Origin: Saccostrea echinata
Lineage: Eukaryota
Direction: 5' to 3'
Assembly (NCBI RefSeq): GCF_033153115.1
Contig: NW_026889782.1
Span: forward strand, 3,596,001 to 3,660,000
DNA: 64,000 nucleotides
The position numbers and the translations under genes are program-made. Of this stretch, positions 47,915 through 58,418 are shown one piece after another. Position 1 is the first letter of the stretch; each line of letters begins with the position of its first letter. The notes beneath the pieces are model-generated. The model was not told the DNA's origin. It saw only the letters and a list, made by a program, of their open reading frames with translations, and made no database searches.

Positions 47915-48712
47915 ATGCAGTATCATCCCGGATTATTGAGACAAAGAGGACACGGACAGTTTGTCTATCATAGAGGTTTATTACGTCAAAAAGGACACGG
48001 TGTAGGTGGAATTATCTCTGGATTGGCTGGAGCCCTTCCCTTTGATTTTACTGGAATACCAATACCATCCATATTTCTTCCACCCCATTTAAAGGGAATT
48101 CGCCAGTATTTGAAATCTCAAAGAGGAGGAAATTTTATAGACTTCATGTCGGGAATGGTACCGAACTTACCTATAGGGATGACTTTAAAAGAAGTTGTCC
48201 AATTAGGCTCAGGCCGGCGGCGACAAAGAGGTCGAGGATTTCTTAAAGATCTAGTCAAAATGGGTCGTAATCAAGCCTTGATTGCCGGAGCTAAAGTAGG
48301 AGCAGATGTGATTAAAAAAAGGAAAAATATCAAAAATGCTCTTTTAACTCATGGACTCAATGCCGTTAAAAATACAGGCTTATTTGCTCTCAATAGAGGA
48401 GGAAGTTTAGCTTTTAAAAAGATGAATAAAAAAGGTCAAAAAGGTAAAGGGAGAAGAAAAAGAAGAAGACGGCAGAGAGGGAGAGGAGTTTTGAGAAATT
48501 TATTGAAAACGGGAGCTAAACATGCCTTGACTGCTGCTGCTAGAACGGGGTTAGATGTGTTAGAAAATAAGAGATCTTTAAAAGACGCTGTTAAAACTCA
48601 CGGAGTACAAACCCTGAGATTGAATCTAGGTAAGAAAAGAAGAAAAAAGACACCTGTGTTAGCCCGAGGAGGTCCTAAGAAGAGAAAAAGGGGTTTAGAT
48701 ATCTTTGATTGA
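47915..48712 (+). CDS. Arg/Gly-rich core/cement precursor with repeated Q(R/K)GxG sites
   Basis: QRGHG, QKGHG, QRGG, QRGRG x2 and QKGKG; amphipathic basic helices; ends in DIFD; lies upstream of the MCP. Confidence 0.8.
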   Translation: MQYHPGLLRQRGHGQFVYHRGLLRQKGHGVGGIISGLAGALPFDFTGIPIPSIFLPPHLKGIRQYLKSQRGGNFIDFMSGMVPNLPIGMTLKEVVQLGSGRRRQRGRGFLKDLVKMGRNQALIAGAKVGADVIKKRKNIKNALLTHGLNAVKNTGLFALNRGGSLAFKKMNKKGQKGKGRRKRRRRQRGRGVLRNLLKTGAKHALTAAARTGLDVLENKRSLKDAVKTHGVQTLRLNLGKKRRKKTPVLARGGPKKRKRGLDIFD

Positions 48713-48784
48713 CACACTATAAATAGAGGAGTCGAGTGAGATTGACCTTCATTTGTGAAAAATCCATCCTAGTAGACAGACATC

Positions 48785-50206
48785 ATGTTGCAACCAGATT
48801 CCTGTGGGTGTGGGATGAACAATTTAGAATTGTTCCAAGTCCCCCCGACTAATATTGCTTTAGAAGACTCCAAATGGGAAGAATATTACCCCATTTCCAG
48901 TACTTTAGATTCGGATACGGCTCCTATCGAATTTGAAATTAATGGACAAGGAGATCAATATCTGGATTTATCTCAAACGTATGTTCAAATAGTGTGTAAA
49001 TTTACCAAAGAGGATGGGACTAATCTGACTGGAGCTGGCAGTACTTGCGCCCCGGTGAATAATATCTTCCATTCTTTGTTTACGGAAATCGATCTCAGTG
49101 TCAATGGAAAAATAGTGACTCCTGGCACCGATACTTATCCTTACAAAGCTTATCTTGAGAAATTACTTTCTTACAAACCCAGAACTTTAATGACCCAGAT
49201 GAGAGCTTGTAGTCTGTGGGAAAAAGATACAGCAGGACACATGGACGAAGTAGGGGTAGCAGACCTTGGAGTGGCTCAAAATAAGACATTTGATGTAACC
49301 CCAAGTGGAAATGGTGGTCCCGTTACTGTGACCATTAACCAACCTATCGTCCCAGAGTTACCGGCCAATTCTAAAAACGAAGGATTTAGAAAACGTCACC
49401 AGGCTATCAAAGATAGTAAGAAAATAACCTTGTATGATCGTTTACATCTGGATTTATTTCAACAAGACCGATTTCTACCGAATGGAGTAGATATCCGTTT
49501 GAGATTTAATCGAGCTAAACCTCAGTTCTATATGATGATCAAAGATGGAAGTACGGGAAAAGTCAAAATATTGAGCATGATCTTATGGGTGAGAAAAGTC
49601 AAACCCACAGCCGTCATGATGAATGGTATTAATCAAAGTTTGAACACTCACAGAGCTAAATATCCATTGAGAAGAGTCGAAGTGAAAACCTTTACCATAC
49701 TCACAGGAACTCAATCTAAAATCACGGATCATCTGTTTCAAGGCCAGATGCCTAAACGCATCATTTTAGGTTTTGTGGAGAATGCGGCATTTAACGGAGA
49801 TAAAACTAAAAATCCGTTTCATTTTCAAAACGTGGGAATTAAGAAATTAGATGTCAGTATTAACGGAGAGACCATGATGACTCGTTGTTTCGAACCCAAT
49901 TTCAATGAAGATTTATATCTGAGATCTTATCTGAGTTTATATCAAGCACTGGGAAAATTAGGAGAAGATTGGGCCCCGGACATCACCCTAGAAGAGTATA
50001 AAAACGGATACACTTTATGGGGCTGGGATTTCACGAAAGATCAAGAAGCGCAATCGGATAAATTCCACATCATAGAAACCGGAAATCTGAGAGTAGAAGT
50101 CCAATTTACGAACAATACGGTGAACACCTTAAATTGTGTGGTGTATGCAGAATTCCATAATCTGTTAGAAATCAACAAACAGAGAGAAGTCAGTATTGAT
50201 TATTAA
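48785..50206 (+). CDS. Major capsid protein (double jelly-roll, hexon-like)
   Basis: [37 protein letters not shown] and [22 protein letters not shown]. Confidence 0.95.
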   Translation: MLQPDSCGCGMNNLELFQVPPTNIALEDSKWEEYYPISSTLDSDTAPIEFEINGQGDQYLDLSQTYVQIVCKFTKEDGTNLTGAGSTCAPVNNIFHSLFTEIDLSVNGKIVTPGTDTYPYKAYLEKLLSYKPRTLMTQMRACSLWEKDTAGHMDEVGVADLGVAQNKTFDVTPSGNGGPVTVTINQPIVPELPANSKNEGFRKRHQAIKDSKKITLYDRLHLDLFQQDRFLPNGVDIRLRFNRAKPQFYMMIKDGSTGKVKILSMILWVRKVKPTAVMMNGINQSLNTHRAKYPLRRVEVKTFTILTGTQSKITDHLFQGQMPKRIILGFVENAAFNGDKTKNPFHFQNVGIKKLDVSINGETMMTRCFEPNFNEDLYLRSYLSLYQALGKLGEDWAPDITLEEYKNGYTLWGWDFTKDQEAQSDKFHIIETGNLRVEVQFTNNTVNTLNCVVYAEFHNLLEINKQREVSIDY

Positions 50207-50709
50207 TGGATACAGGACAGTTAAAAGAAGTCTTATCCAGAGAATTAAAGAGTTCTTTTGGTGGTGTGTACCCTTTAGATTTATTACCGGATCAATTAAG
50301 ACCTCAAGAAAAAGCCATTGTGGTGAATACGGATCCTCAAGATAAACCTGGAGAACATTGGGTATGTTTGTATTTGTCCAGTCCAGTCATCGAATATTTT
50401 GACTCTGATGGATTTCCTCCCTTACAAAAAGAAATTCAAGATTTTATCCATCGTCATGCTAACCAATGGATTTATAATCCGTACCGATATCAAGCTTGGA
50501 ATACAGATGTATGTGGACAATATTGCGTGTATTATTTACATCAAAGACACAAGAAGAGAAAAACCGCAGATGAGTGGTTATTCCCCTTGGACCATAGTAC
50601 AGCATTACAAAGAGATCATTATGTAGCTGAATGGTTTAAAGACACTTATCATAAAAGACCTACGGATCATGGACAAACTTGTCAATGTTTCTATCAAAAT
50701 GTATTGTAA
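50206..50709 (+). CDS. Adenain-family cysteine maturation protease
   Basis: NTD....GEHW, YFDS and Q....VCGQYC catalytic motifs. Confidence 0.95.
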   Translation: MDTGQLKEVLSRELKSSFGGVYPLDLLPDQLRPQEKAIVVNTDPQDKPGEHWVCLYLSSPVIEYFDSDGFPPLQKEIQDFIHRHANQWIYNPYRYQAWNTDVCGQYCVYYLHQRHKKRKTADEWLFPLDHSTALQRDHYVAEWFKDTYHKRPTDHGQTCQCFYQNVL

Positions 50710-50875
50710 TTGTTGTTGTTATTGTTGTTCTTGTTATCATTAAAAGAATTGAAAATCTGTTCTTGTTTTTTTTTTTATAAAAAGGGGTTTCCCCATGATA
50801 CTAAATATAGAAAAAAAGAGGTATAAATACAAGGTGTAAAATGAAAAATCTATCAGTTATTGATTTGTCTTAATC

Positions 50876-51166
50876 ATGGGTAACACGTCTAGTCAAGAAA
50901 AGAGTAAAATTCAATTTGGAAAGAGAGTTCTGAGAGAGGAAGATGTGGATAAAGGTATACCAATTCAAATACAGGAGGATGGAACTATTGAGATCCTTTC
51001 TCATGAAAAATATAATCAATTATGTCCAGAAAAGGATAATGATGGGAGAGATTACATACCCTTGACTACAGAAGAAGAAGAAGAAGAATATACCCATTTA
51101 TTACCAAAAACAGATTATCCTGAAAGACCTAAAAGAAGCTGTGTCCAAAAAAAAAAAATATTTTGA
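50876..51166 (+). CDS. Small acidic protein with N-myristoylation-like start
   Basis: MGNTSS (MGxxxS); own TATA and Inr; the end lies in an A-run and is uncertain. Confidence 0.6.
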   Translation: MGNTSSQEKSKIQFGKRVLREEDVDKGIPIQIQEDGTIEILSHEKYNQLCPEKDNDGRDYIPLTTEEEEEEYTHLLPKTDYPERPKRSCVQKKKIF

Positions 51167-51295
51167 GAAAAAAAGATTGACACAGGACTGTAAGAGAAAG
51201 AATCATTGTAGAATCTGAATAAAAATTAAAATTATCTTTGAATTGTTATCTATATAAAAAAGAAGTGTCATCAAAAAAATTTCATTGTTTCAAAC

Positions 51296-51769
51296 ATGAG
51301 TCTGACAGAAGGATGTATCATGGAAATCAGAACTCAATTGTTGAAAGACATTAAAACTCATTATGAGAACCAACATAAAGAAGATCCAGGCAATCATTAT
51401 ATTGCTAAATTTAAAAAGGAGAGATTTAGAAGAGCTGCTAATTGGATATTTAATTTAACTGGAGGTCACCAGGAAGATATAGATCAAATCATTAGAAGTG
51501 ATTATCAATACTTGATCTTACAAAAAGAAATGCATCCAGAAACAGGAAAACTTCATCATGTGAGAGGATTCCTTCAAATGAAACACTGGACCCATGAGAG
51601 AAACATGTACAAAATCATTCATGGGTTAACCTGTTTTGATATGTCTCACAGCACACCAGAATTAGAAAGAACATTTTATAAGCAAGGTGACAACTATGAA
51701 GAATATGGGACTTTAAAACCTGAAATGAGAAACAAAGAATTAATTCCAAGAGATTGTAGATTTACTTGA
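51296..51769 (+). CDS. CRESS-virus Rep-like HUH domain protein with degenerate catalytic motifs
   Basis: NWIFNL (motif I), YLILQKE.HPETGKLHHVRGFLQMK (motif II) and TFYKQGD.YEEYG (motif III); no helicase domain. Confidence 0.7.
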   Translation: MSLTEGCIMEIRTQLLKDIKTHYENQHKEDPGNHYIAKFKKERFRRAANWIFNLTGGHQEDIDQIIRSDYQYLILQKEMHPETGKLHHVRGFLQMKHWTHERNMYKIIHGLTCFDMSHSTPELERTFYKQGDNYEEYGTLKPEMRNKELIPRDCRFT

Positions 51770-51829
51770 ATAAATAACATAGAGCTTTTGTGTGTGTAAG
51801 GTTTTTTTTGCCTAGACTGTGAATCAGTA

Positions 51830-51968
51830 TGACGTCATAATATAAGGTTTTGTGTAGTGTCTGACTCAGCATAACGTAAACAAAACGTACACAGTAGTAT
51901 CTCAGTAAAAAAAAAACGTAGGTCCAACATTTATTTTTTGCACACCACCCCCTCTGAGGGTATAAATA
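51830..51968 (+). promoter_or_regulatory. CRE + AP-1/ARE + TATA promoter module
   Basis: TGACGTCA (51830), TGACTCAGCA (51862); near-identical to 45481-45565. Confidence 0.65.
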
Positions 51969-52006
51969 CAAGGTGTGTAGATGATCATGATCAGTTGACC
52001 CTTACC

Positions 52007-52665
52007 ATGAGTCAAAGTCAGTTTGGAAAAAAAACCGAGACTATGGATATAGAGGAGGAGAAACAACAGTTATTAGAAAAAATAGAGAGTATGAATATAG
52101 ATGAGGAAAAACAACAGTTATTAGAAAAAAGATTGATCATGCATATGGAAGAAGAACATTACAGTCCTCAAAGAAGAATGGAAGTGAAAACTCTGGAGGA
52201 GGATGAAGAACCTTGTAATGTTTACAAGAAGTATGATGAGATCCATGACCCAAAGGACTCGTACAGAAGTTACAGAGTAGCCACTAATTGGACATTTGTC
52301 ATCCAAGATGTGAGGGAAGAAGAAGACATAGATATGTTCATGAGCTGTGAAGATCAATTTCAATACCTGATCCTAGAAAAGGAAATTCATCCCTGGACAG
52401 GAAAAGTGCATCAAATCAGGGGATTCATTCAAATGAAAAAACCTGTAGGAGGACTGAATGTGGCTAGAATTCACTGGTTTGCAGATTTTTGTATGTCTCA
52501 CAGTACACCAAAATTAGATTGTTTTACAGGCAAGGTGACAACTATGAAGAATATGGAATTCTGAAACCTGAGAAGAGAAACAAAGAATTAGAGTCCAGAG
52601 ATGAATTCGGGAAATGGGAAATTGGTGCCTGGAGAGCTTTCCTGGAAAGAAAGAGAGAGAAATGA
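52007..52665 (+). pseudogene. Second Rep-like HUH paralog, frameshift at ~52520
   Basis: NWTFVI and YLILEKEIHPWTGKVHQIRGFIQMK; FYRQGDNYEEYGILKPE continues in another frame to TGA at 52663-52665. Confidence 0.7.
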
Positions 52666-52797
52666 TTGAGTATATGGAAAATTCAGATTAAAATTATTTT
52701 TAACAGTTATAGTTGTTATTTATTTTGTTCAGGTTATATATAACAAGTTTGGCTTTCCAGAAAGCCTGAAATGTCATCTCTTTGGCTTCATTAATGT

Positions 52798-53105
52798 CAC
52801 AGAATAAACAGTGGAATTTAACATTTTTTCCTCAGCTATTACAGACAGAAGAACTTTTTTTTTCAAAAAGGGGGGGGGGCACAGAATAAACAGTGGAATG
52901 TAACATTTTTTCTTCAGCGATTACAAGCAGAAGAACTTTTTTTCAAAAGGGGGGCTGAATAAACAGTGGAGTGTAACATTTTTTCCTCAGCTATTACAGA
53001 CAGAAGAACTTTTTTCAAAAGGGGGGGGGCACAGAATAAACAGTGGAATGTAACATTTTTTTCCTCAGCGATTACAAGCAGAAGAACTTTTTTCCAAAAA
53101 AAGGG
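52798..53105. repeat. ~76-81-bp tandem repeat, 4 copies
   Basis: Unit GAATAAACAGTGGAATGTAACATTTTT...CAGAAGAACTTTTTTCAAAAGGGGG. Confidence 0.85.
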
Positions 53106-53520
53106 GGAGGGGGGGTAGTCAGAAAAAAAATTACAACTTACCTGAATAATCTTTCACTAGGAAAAAAGGGGGTGTTCAAACTCGAAATTCTTTTTTCGTG
53201 GATGGGAGGGAAGATTTAAACTTTTTGACTCTCTCGAAAACACATTGGGGGGGGGGGAGGGGAGTATGAATATGCTGCAACAAAAAAACGGTGGGGAAGG
53301 TAGAGGCAAGCTGTCTTTCAGTAAACAATTGCAACAGTAATTTCAAATGTTTTTTTGTATATCTGTTTAAAAAATGTAACCACTGAGCAGTATTCGTAAA
53401 ATTTGCAAACAATTGTTATACAAGAGGATGGGTAAAACCTTAGCGTTCCTATTGACTTTACATCACAGCAGCTTACTCGGACAACAGCCAAGAAGTTTAA
53501 AGCGCTATCTTGAATAAGTC

Positions 53521-54356
53521 CGGTGTCATATAGTGAGACTTCCACCCCCATAGTGAGACTTCCCCCCGGAAATACGGCTATATATAGCGATAAGACTCCC
53601 CGGTGGGGGCGGGGAGGGGGGGGAGAATTACTATATAGCGAGTCTTCCCCCCCCCCCCCCTAAACGACCATAGTGAGGCTTCCCCTTTCCATGTTCAGTA
53701 GTATTTTATTTACATCGACGATGTATATATATTTGCATTTTGATAATGATCTTATAAAATAGATGCATGTATGAATAAATATAGAAGTGCGCATTAAAAA
53801 TTTATCGTGCACATTAAATAATTGAATTGTTCCAAAATGATTCTTATCAAAAGAAATATATTTAACATTTAATAGATCATTACTCGTGGACTCTTGGAAT
53901 TTGCTTATGTTAACCTTCATGGGGAATGCAATAAATACAATATAGTAAAGAAAGATGTATACTTGTAACAATAACGTACATTTTTCATTCAGTTATCGCA
54001 CATCAATATACATGTACATGTCATCCCATAATTATTTTTGGCTAACAAACTGTTAAAAGGGTATTAAGATGTTTTAATTATTAATTAACGGAGAACTTTT
54101 ATTCATATACTGAAAAATATTGTTTTACAATGAAATAAAATATTCCGGAAACTACATTTGAGGGAAAGTCTCACTATGAAAGGGGGGGAGAGACTGGCTA
54201 TATAGTGAGACTTCCCCGGGAGAAGTCTCACTCTATTGCCAGTCGATCTTCTGGGGGAAGTCTCACTATATAGCCAGTCTTCCCGGGGTATATCTCACTA
54301 TATAGCAAGTCTTCTGGGAAAATCTCACTATGGGGAAGTCTCACTATACGACACTG
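53521..54356. mobile_element. Non-autonomous DNA transposon inserted in the Polinton
   Basis: Termini CGGTGTCATATAGTGAGACTTCC / GGAAGTCTCACTATACGACACTG, with many subterminal TATAGTGAGACT repeats. Confidence 0.75.
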
Positions 54357-55510
54357 ACCCTCAATTGATTTTGAAAGATTTTCCACTTTTAAATATATGG
54401 CTTATCCAAAGAAATAACCCTCATATGCATTTAAATATAGGTCAGTAATAAAATTTACACGGTATAAGCTAAAATTAGGCATTTACAAATTATCTGAAAG
54501 AGTACCAATTTACCAACCCTGATATTTAGGCTGTTCAAGGAAATAATCATTTTATATGATAATATTTCAAGAATAAGAGAAGTGACTTGATAGCTTTTTT
54601 GCCAATAACCAATAATGCAATTTAAAATTACAGAAAAAAATGATTGCAGATGCTATAATTATAAATTCTCAAAATGCGAATCGGGTAAAGAAATTGCGTC
54701 TTTTATACAAAGGTAACAATATTGTATTTCTGACATTTATTTTTTATAGAACAAAAAACAAAGAATAGTGCAGACATGCGTAAAAATTCACAATTATTAT
54801 ATAATCTTTCTTCCAATGCCTGTAGTTTTGACATTAACTATTTGTTTTTTAAAAAAAAAAATTTAAAAAAATGGCATCAGGTTATTGAATGACTAAGATA
54901 CACATAAAAGGTAAAATTTTCGACATCAATTAACATCAGTCGTATTTAAACTTTTAATGCGAGTATTTACTTTGATTTTGTTTTTCTGTAAATTCTTAGA
55001 TCCACGCCTTGGCTGATCTAATCGATGCCATGTAAAGTGTACTTTGATACACACGCACTGGCCATCATTTACGTAACAGCCTAGATAACTGCATGTTATT
55101 TGAAGACCCGCCACTTTGTTTTTCTGTAAATACTTTGATCCACGCCTTGGGCGTTCTAATCGATGCCATGTTTAGTGAATTCTGATACACACGCGCTGAC
55201 CATGATTAGATAACTGCATGTATTTTGAAGAACCACCACTACCCAAGCGATATTGTCTCTGTAACTCTCTATGATTTATGTGTAGTTTTTCTTTTTTAAG
55301 ATGGCCTGTTTGACAGATCGCCCATTCTTTGTCATTGAGCAGTTTTGTTTACATCTCTATATTTAGAAATCGTGTCATTTGCCAGACCACCAGCTTATCA
55401 ATGGCAGCTTACACTGGGGCTTCATATCCGGGGTTACAAACTTAATGTGTCATCTCTCGAGAGAGATGACAAAAAGGTGTGACAATGAAAAAAAAAAATT
55501 ATTTCCAAAC

Positions 55511-56005
55511 ATGAGTTTACAGGAGATACCAGGAGATTTATTACACTTTCCTGTAGAAGCTATTGTACATCAATGTAATTGTTTGACTGTAAAAGCTCAT
55601 GGATTGAGTCAAAGTATAGCTATGAAATACCCCAGAGCTAATCTCTATGGGACCCGCAGACCTTTAAGGTCTAGAAATTTAGCCCTAGAAGAAGATAGAG
55701 GAATTCCAGGCACCATTAAAGTGTTTTCTTTACAAAAACCTGTAGTCATTTGTCTGTTAGCTCAATGGGATTATGGCACAGGACATTATAATCGCCTACC
55801 TTATTATCAAGATACACCAGAAAATAGAGAAAAATGGTTTCAAGCTTGTTTACAAGAATTGGGCACTTTACCTTACCAGACTTATGCCTTTCCTTATAAA
55901 ATAGGATGTGGTTTAGCAGGAGGAAATTGGACTCATTATAGACAATATATTGAACAATTTGTACACACTTATCAAAAACAAGTGTACATTCTTCATAAAC
56001 ATTGA
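55511..56005 (+). CDS. Macrodomain protein (TARG1/DarG-like ADP-ribose module)
   Basis: GDLL....AIVHQCNC....HGLS..I..KYP and FPYKIGCGLAGGNW. Confidence 0.9.
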   Translation: MSLQEIPGDLLHFPVEAIVHQCNCLTVKAHGLSQSIAMKYPRANLYGTRRPLRSRNLALEEDRGIPGTIKVFSLQKPVVICLLAQWDYGTGHYNRLPYYQDTPENREKWFQACLQELGTLPYQTYAFPYKIGCGLAGGNWTHYRQYIEQFVHTYQKQVYILHKH

Positions 56006-56164
56006 TTGTGTGTGTGTGTGTGTTATAAAGATTGTGTTATAAATAAAATTAAATAAAATAAAAAATGTGATTATGTTATTTTATTTTTAAAAAAAAAAGA
56101 TTCATGTTTTACAAAAAAAAAAAAATAGTGACCTGGTGTTGATAAGTTTCTATAACCTTGAATG

Positions 56165-56460
56165 TTCTTAAAAAGGTATCTATTCGAATGATTAAAGTGG
56201 CCCTTAAAAGGGCCGTTGATACGTTTCTATAACCTTGAATGTTTTTTAGGTATCTTTTCGTATAGGTATCTATTCAAATAAGTGGCCCTTAAAAGGGCCG
56301 TTTCTATAACCTTGAATGTTTTTAAAAAGGTATCTTTTCGTATAGGTATCTTTTCAAAATAAGAGGCCCTTAAAAGGGTCGTTGATACGTTTCTATAACC
56401 TTGAATGTATTAGAGGTATCTTTTCGAATCATTGGAGTGGCCCTTAAAAGGGCCGTTGGT
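56165..56460 (-). terminator. Tandem array of four histone-type stem-loop + downstream-element units
   Basis: GGCCCTTTTAAGGGCC at 56439-56454, 56365-56380 (one mismatch), 56284-56299 and 56199-56214, each followed by GAA(A/T)AGATACCT. Confidence 0.85.
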
Positions 56461-56480
56461 TGATTTTTTTTATCAAGGGT

Positions 56481-57458
56481 TTACTCCCTGAGAGGCCTGC
56501 CTCTACCTCTGCCTCTGCCGGCGAACTCTGTTCGGTCCGAGAGGGGAGGTCGTTGGTTACCGGTCAACGGCTCCATAAAGTCTGGTCTTCCGGGTCGGGG
56601 TGGAGATGGCTGTCTTGGAGGAGGGGGTCTCAATCCTCGCCCGCGAGCTGCATATCTCGAAAGCCTGCGTCTACACAGAGGGCAACATTGGTTCATCTGT
56701 ACCAGCACAGCTGAACACTCGAGACAATCCGGTCGACGGCGACACTGACAGCAGATGTAATTGGACATGCGATCCTCCTCCAAGCAAACTGAAGAGGAAT
56801 CCAGCCTGCCTGCTGCAACTTGAATCCCCCATCTAGGAATTGGCCCCGTAGTACTCACACCTGGTGACATCTCCGGGGTCGGGGGTGGTGGTCTAGCCAG
56901 CTCCGGGGAAGGTGGTGTTGGTGGTGGTCTAGCCAGTTCCGGGGAAGGTGCCCAGTCATCGTTGACGGGAGGGGGCCAATCCGAATCAACGGATGAAGAA
57001 GCCCCCTGTCCAGCCCAATCGTTGTTAACGGGAGGGGTCCAATCCGAATCTACGGAGGAATCCCACTGTCCAGCAGCTGCTCCCGGGGGATGACTGGGTG
57101 ACCAGGTAGGAGTTGGTGGTCTTCTTGGAGGGGACGGGCTTTTCGGGTGGTCCTCGAGTAGTTCCGGACTACTCAGAGGGGCCGAATACGAAGCAGCAGG
57201 TGTTGAATCTGTCCTCCTCCTTCTCCTTGGCTGGTCTTCTTCACTGGTAGACGGCGATCTTCGTCTTCTTCTTCTACGATGTCTTTGTCGTCGCCGTCTA
57301 CTTCTTCTCATCCCGTTCAACAGGTCACTGGCTAGGCCCAGAGTAGCTATCGGCCAGCGAGCTAACTCCGTCCCGGTGTTGATGTCCCGCACAATCCAGA
57401 CATTTACGACCTCAACGCCATCAACCAAAAAGTAGTTAGGAACGTCGTCCTCAGCCAT
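56481..57458 (-). CDS. Arg/Ser- and Pro-rich protein with RING-like domain and RG tail
   Basis: RRSRRRRQRHRRRRRRRSPS, repeated SSVDSDW.PPVN.DWA, and SSVC..CCQC..CLEC..CPLCR (first Cys apparently replaced by Ser). Confidence 0.85.
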   Translation of the reverse strand: MAEDDVPNYFLVDGVEVVNVWIVRDINTGTELARWPIATLGLASDLLNGMRRSRRRRQRHRRRRRRRSPSTSEEDQPRRRRRTDSTPAASYSAPLSSPELLEDHPKSPSPPRRPPTPTWSPSHPPGAAAGQWDSSVDSDWTPPVNNDWAGQGASSSVDSDWPPPVNDDWAPSPELARPPPTPPSPELARPPPPTPEMSPGVSTTGPIPRWGIQVAAGRLDSSSVCLEEDRMSNYICCQCRRRPDCLECSAVLVQMNQCCPLCRRRLSRYAARGRGLRPPPPRQPSPPRPGRPDFMEPLTGNQRPPLSDRTEFAGRGRGRGRPLRE

Positions 57459-58418
57459 ACTGATACGGTGCCAGCAGAACTGATACTAACAGAATGACAC
57501 CGAGCTCTGGCAAGCTGCCGTATTTATGCGCACATCACGAGCGTAAAAGAGAGCACCCCTAAACCGAGAGCCAAAAAAATCATGGCGACGTCAAATTGTG
57601 TTATTTTGTGCTTCACAAACTATACATTGGAGTGAATAACTTATTATAGGAATAGAAATACTTTCAAACATCTTACCCATCAGATGAAGGTAAGTTTCAG
57701 GCATGATTTCATAGTATTTTTGATGCATGACATTTATCTGTCGTCTAGAAAAGAAGCATTGATGTTGAACCGAAGGGCTAAAATCGGGTCACCTGAATAC
57801 ATCAAATAAGTATTTTAACCTTTTTTAAAGTGTGATACAAGGAAAACTTAATCTATACAATGAGATTAAACCTAGAGAAAAGTGTTGATGCTGTTTTTAA
57901 ATCAAAGGAATGGTTTCAAGTGTAAAAATATACCCAGAGTCGGTTTAGGCATAGACACAAGAAGGCGAAGGTCGGCCATTTTTTGTAGAAAATCACTGTA
58001 ATGACTTGTATAGAGAATAAAGGATTTTTTTAAATCGTGATCTTTTCTGACTGGAATTTTTAAATAAATCAAATCAGTTTAGTTGAAAAACAATTTGAAT
58101 CCACTTTATTTCCAGTGAGAAGGTCTAGATGTTTTATAAATATTGAAAAAACACAGCGTCTTATTACAAGGCACAGCTTTCTATACACATAAGCATGATT
58201 TTTTTTTTTTTTTAGGAATAAAAGATTTCGAGATAAAACAGATTAGTTTTAAAATCAATCTATATCTACTTTAATGGAAATAGATTTTTTTTTTCTGACT
58301 AAACAAAAAAAAAAAAAATCTCAGCGTCTAAAAAATCTCAGCGTCTAAACAAGGGCACAAGATGGCGTCATATTTGTATAGAAATCATAACAAAAGACTT
58401 ATTATGGTTGACATCCTT

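Noticed and set aside
40048-52363. Short antisense or alternate-frame ORFs over Polinton genes
   Set aside because: Shadow ORFs with no recognisable motifs or promoters.
56165-56460. CRISPR-like array or bacterial intrinsic terminators
   Set aside because: The spacers are homologous to each other, there are no cas genes and the context is eukaryotic. The histone stem-loop consensus fits better.
56481-57458. Histone or protamine gene (given the stem-loops)
   Set aside because: No histone fold; only a short Arg tract within a Pro-rich RING-like protein.
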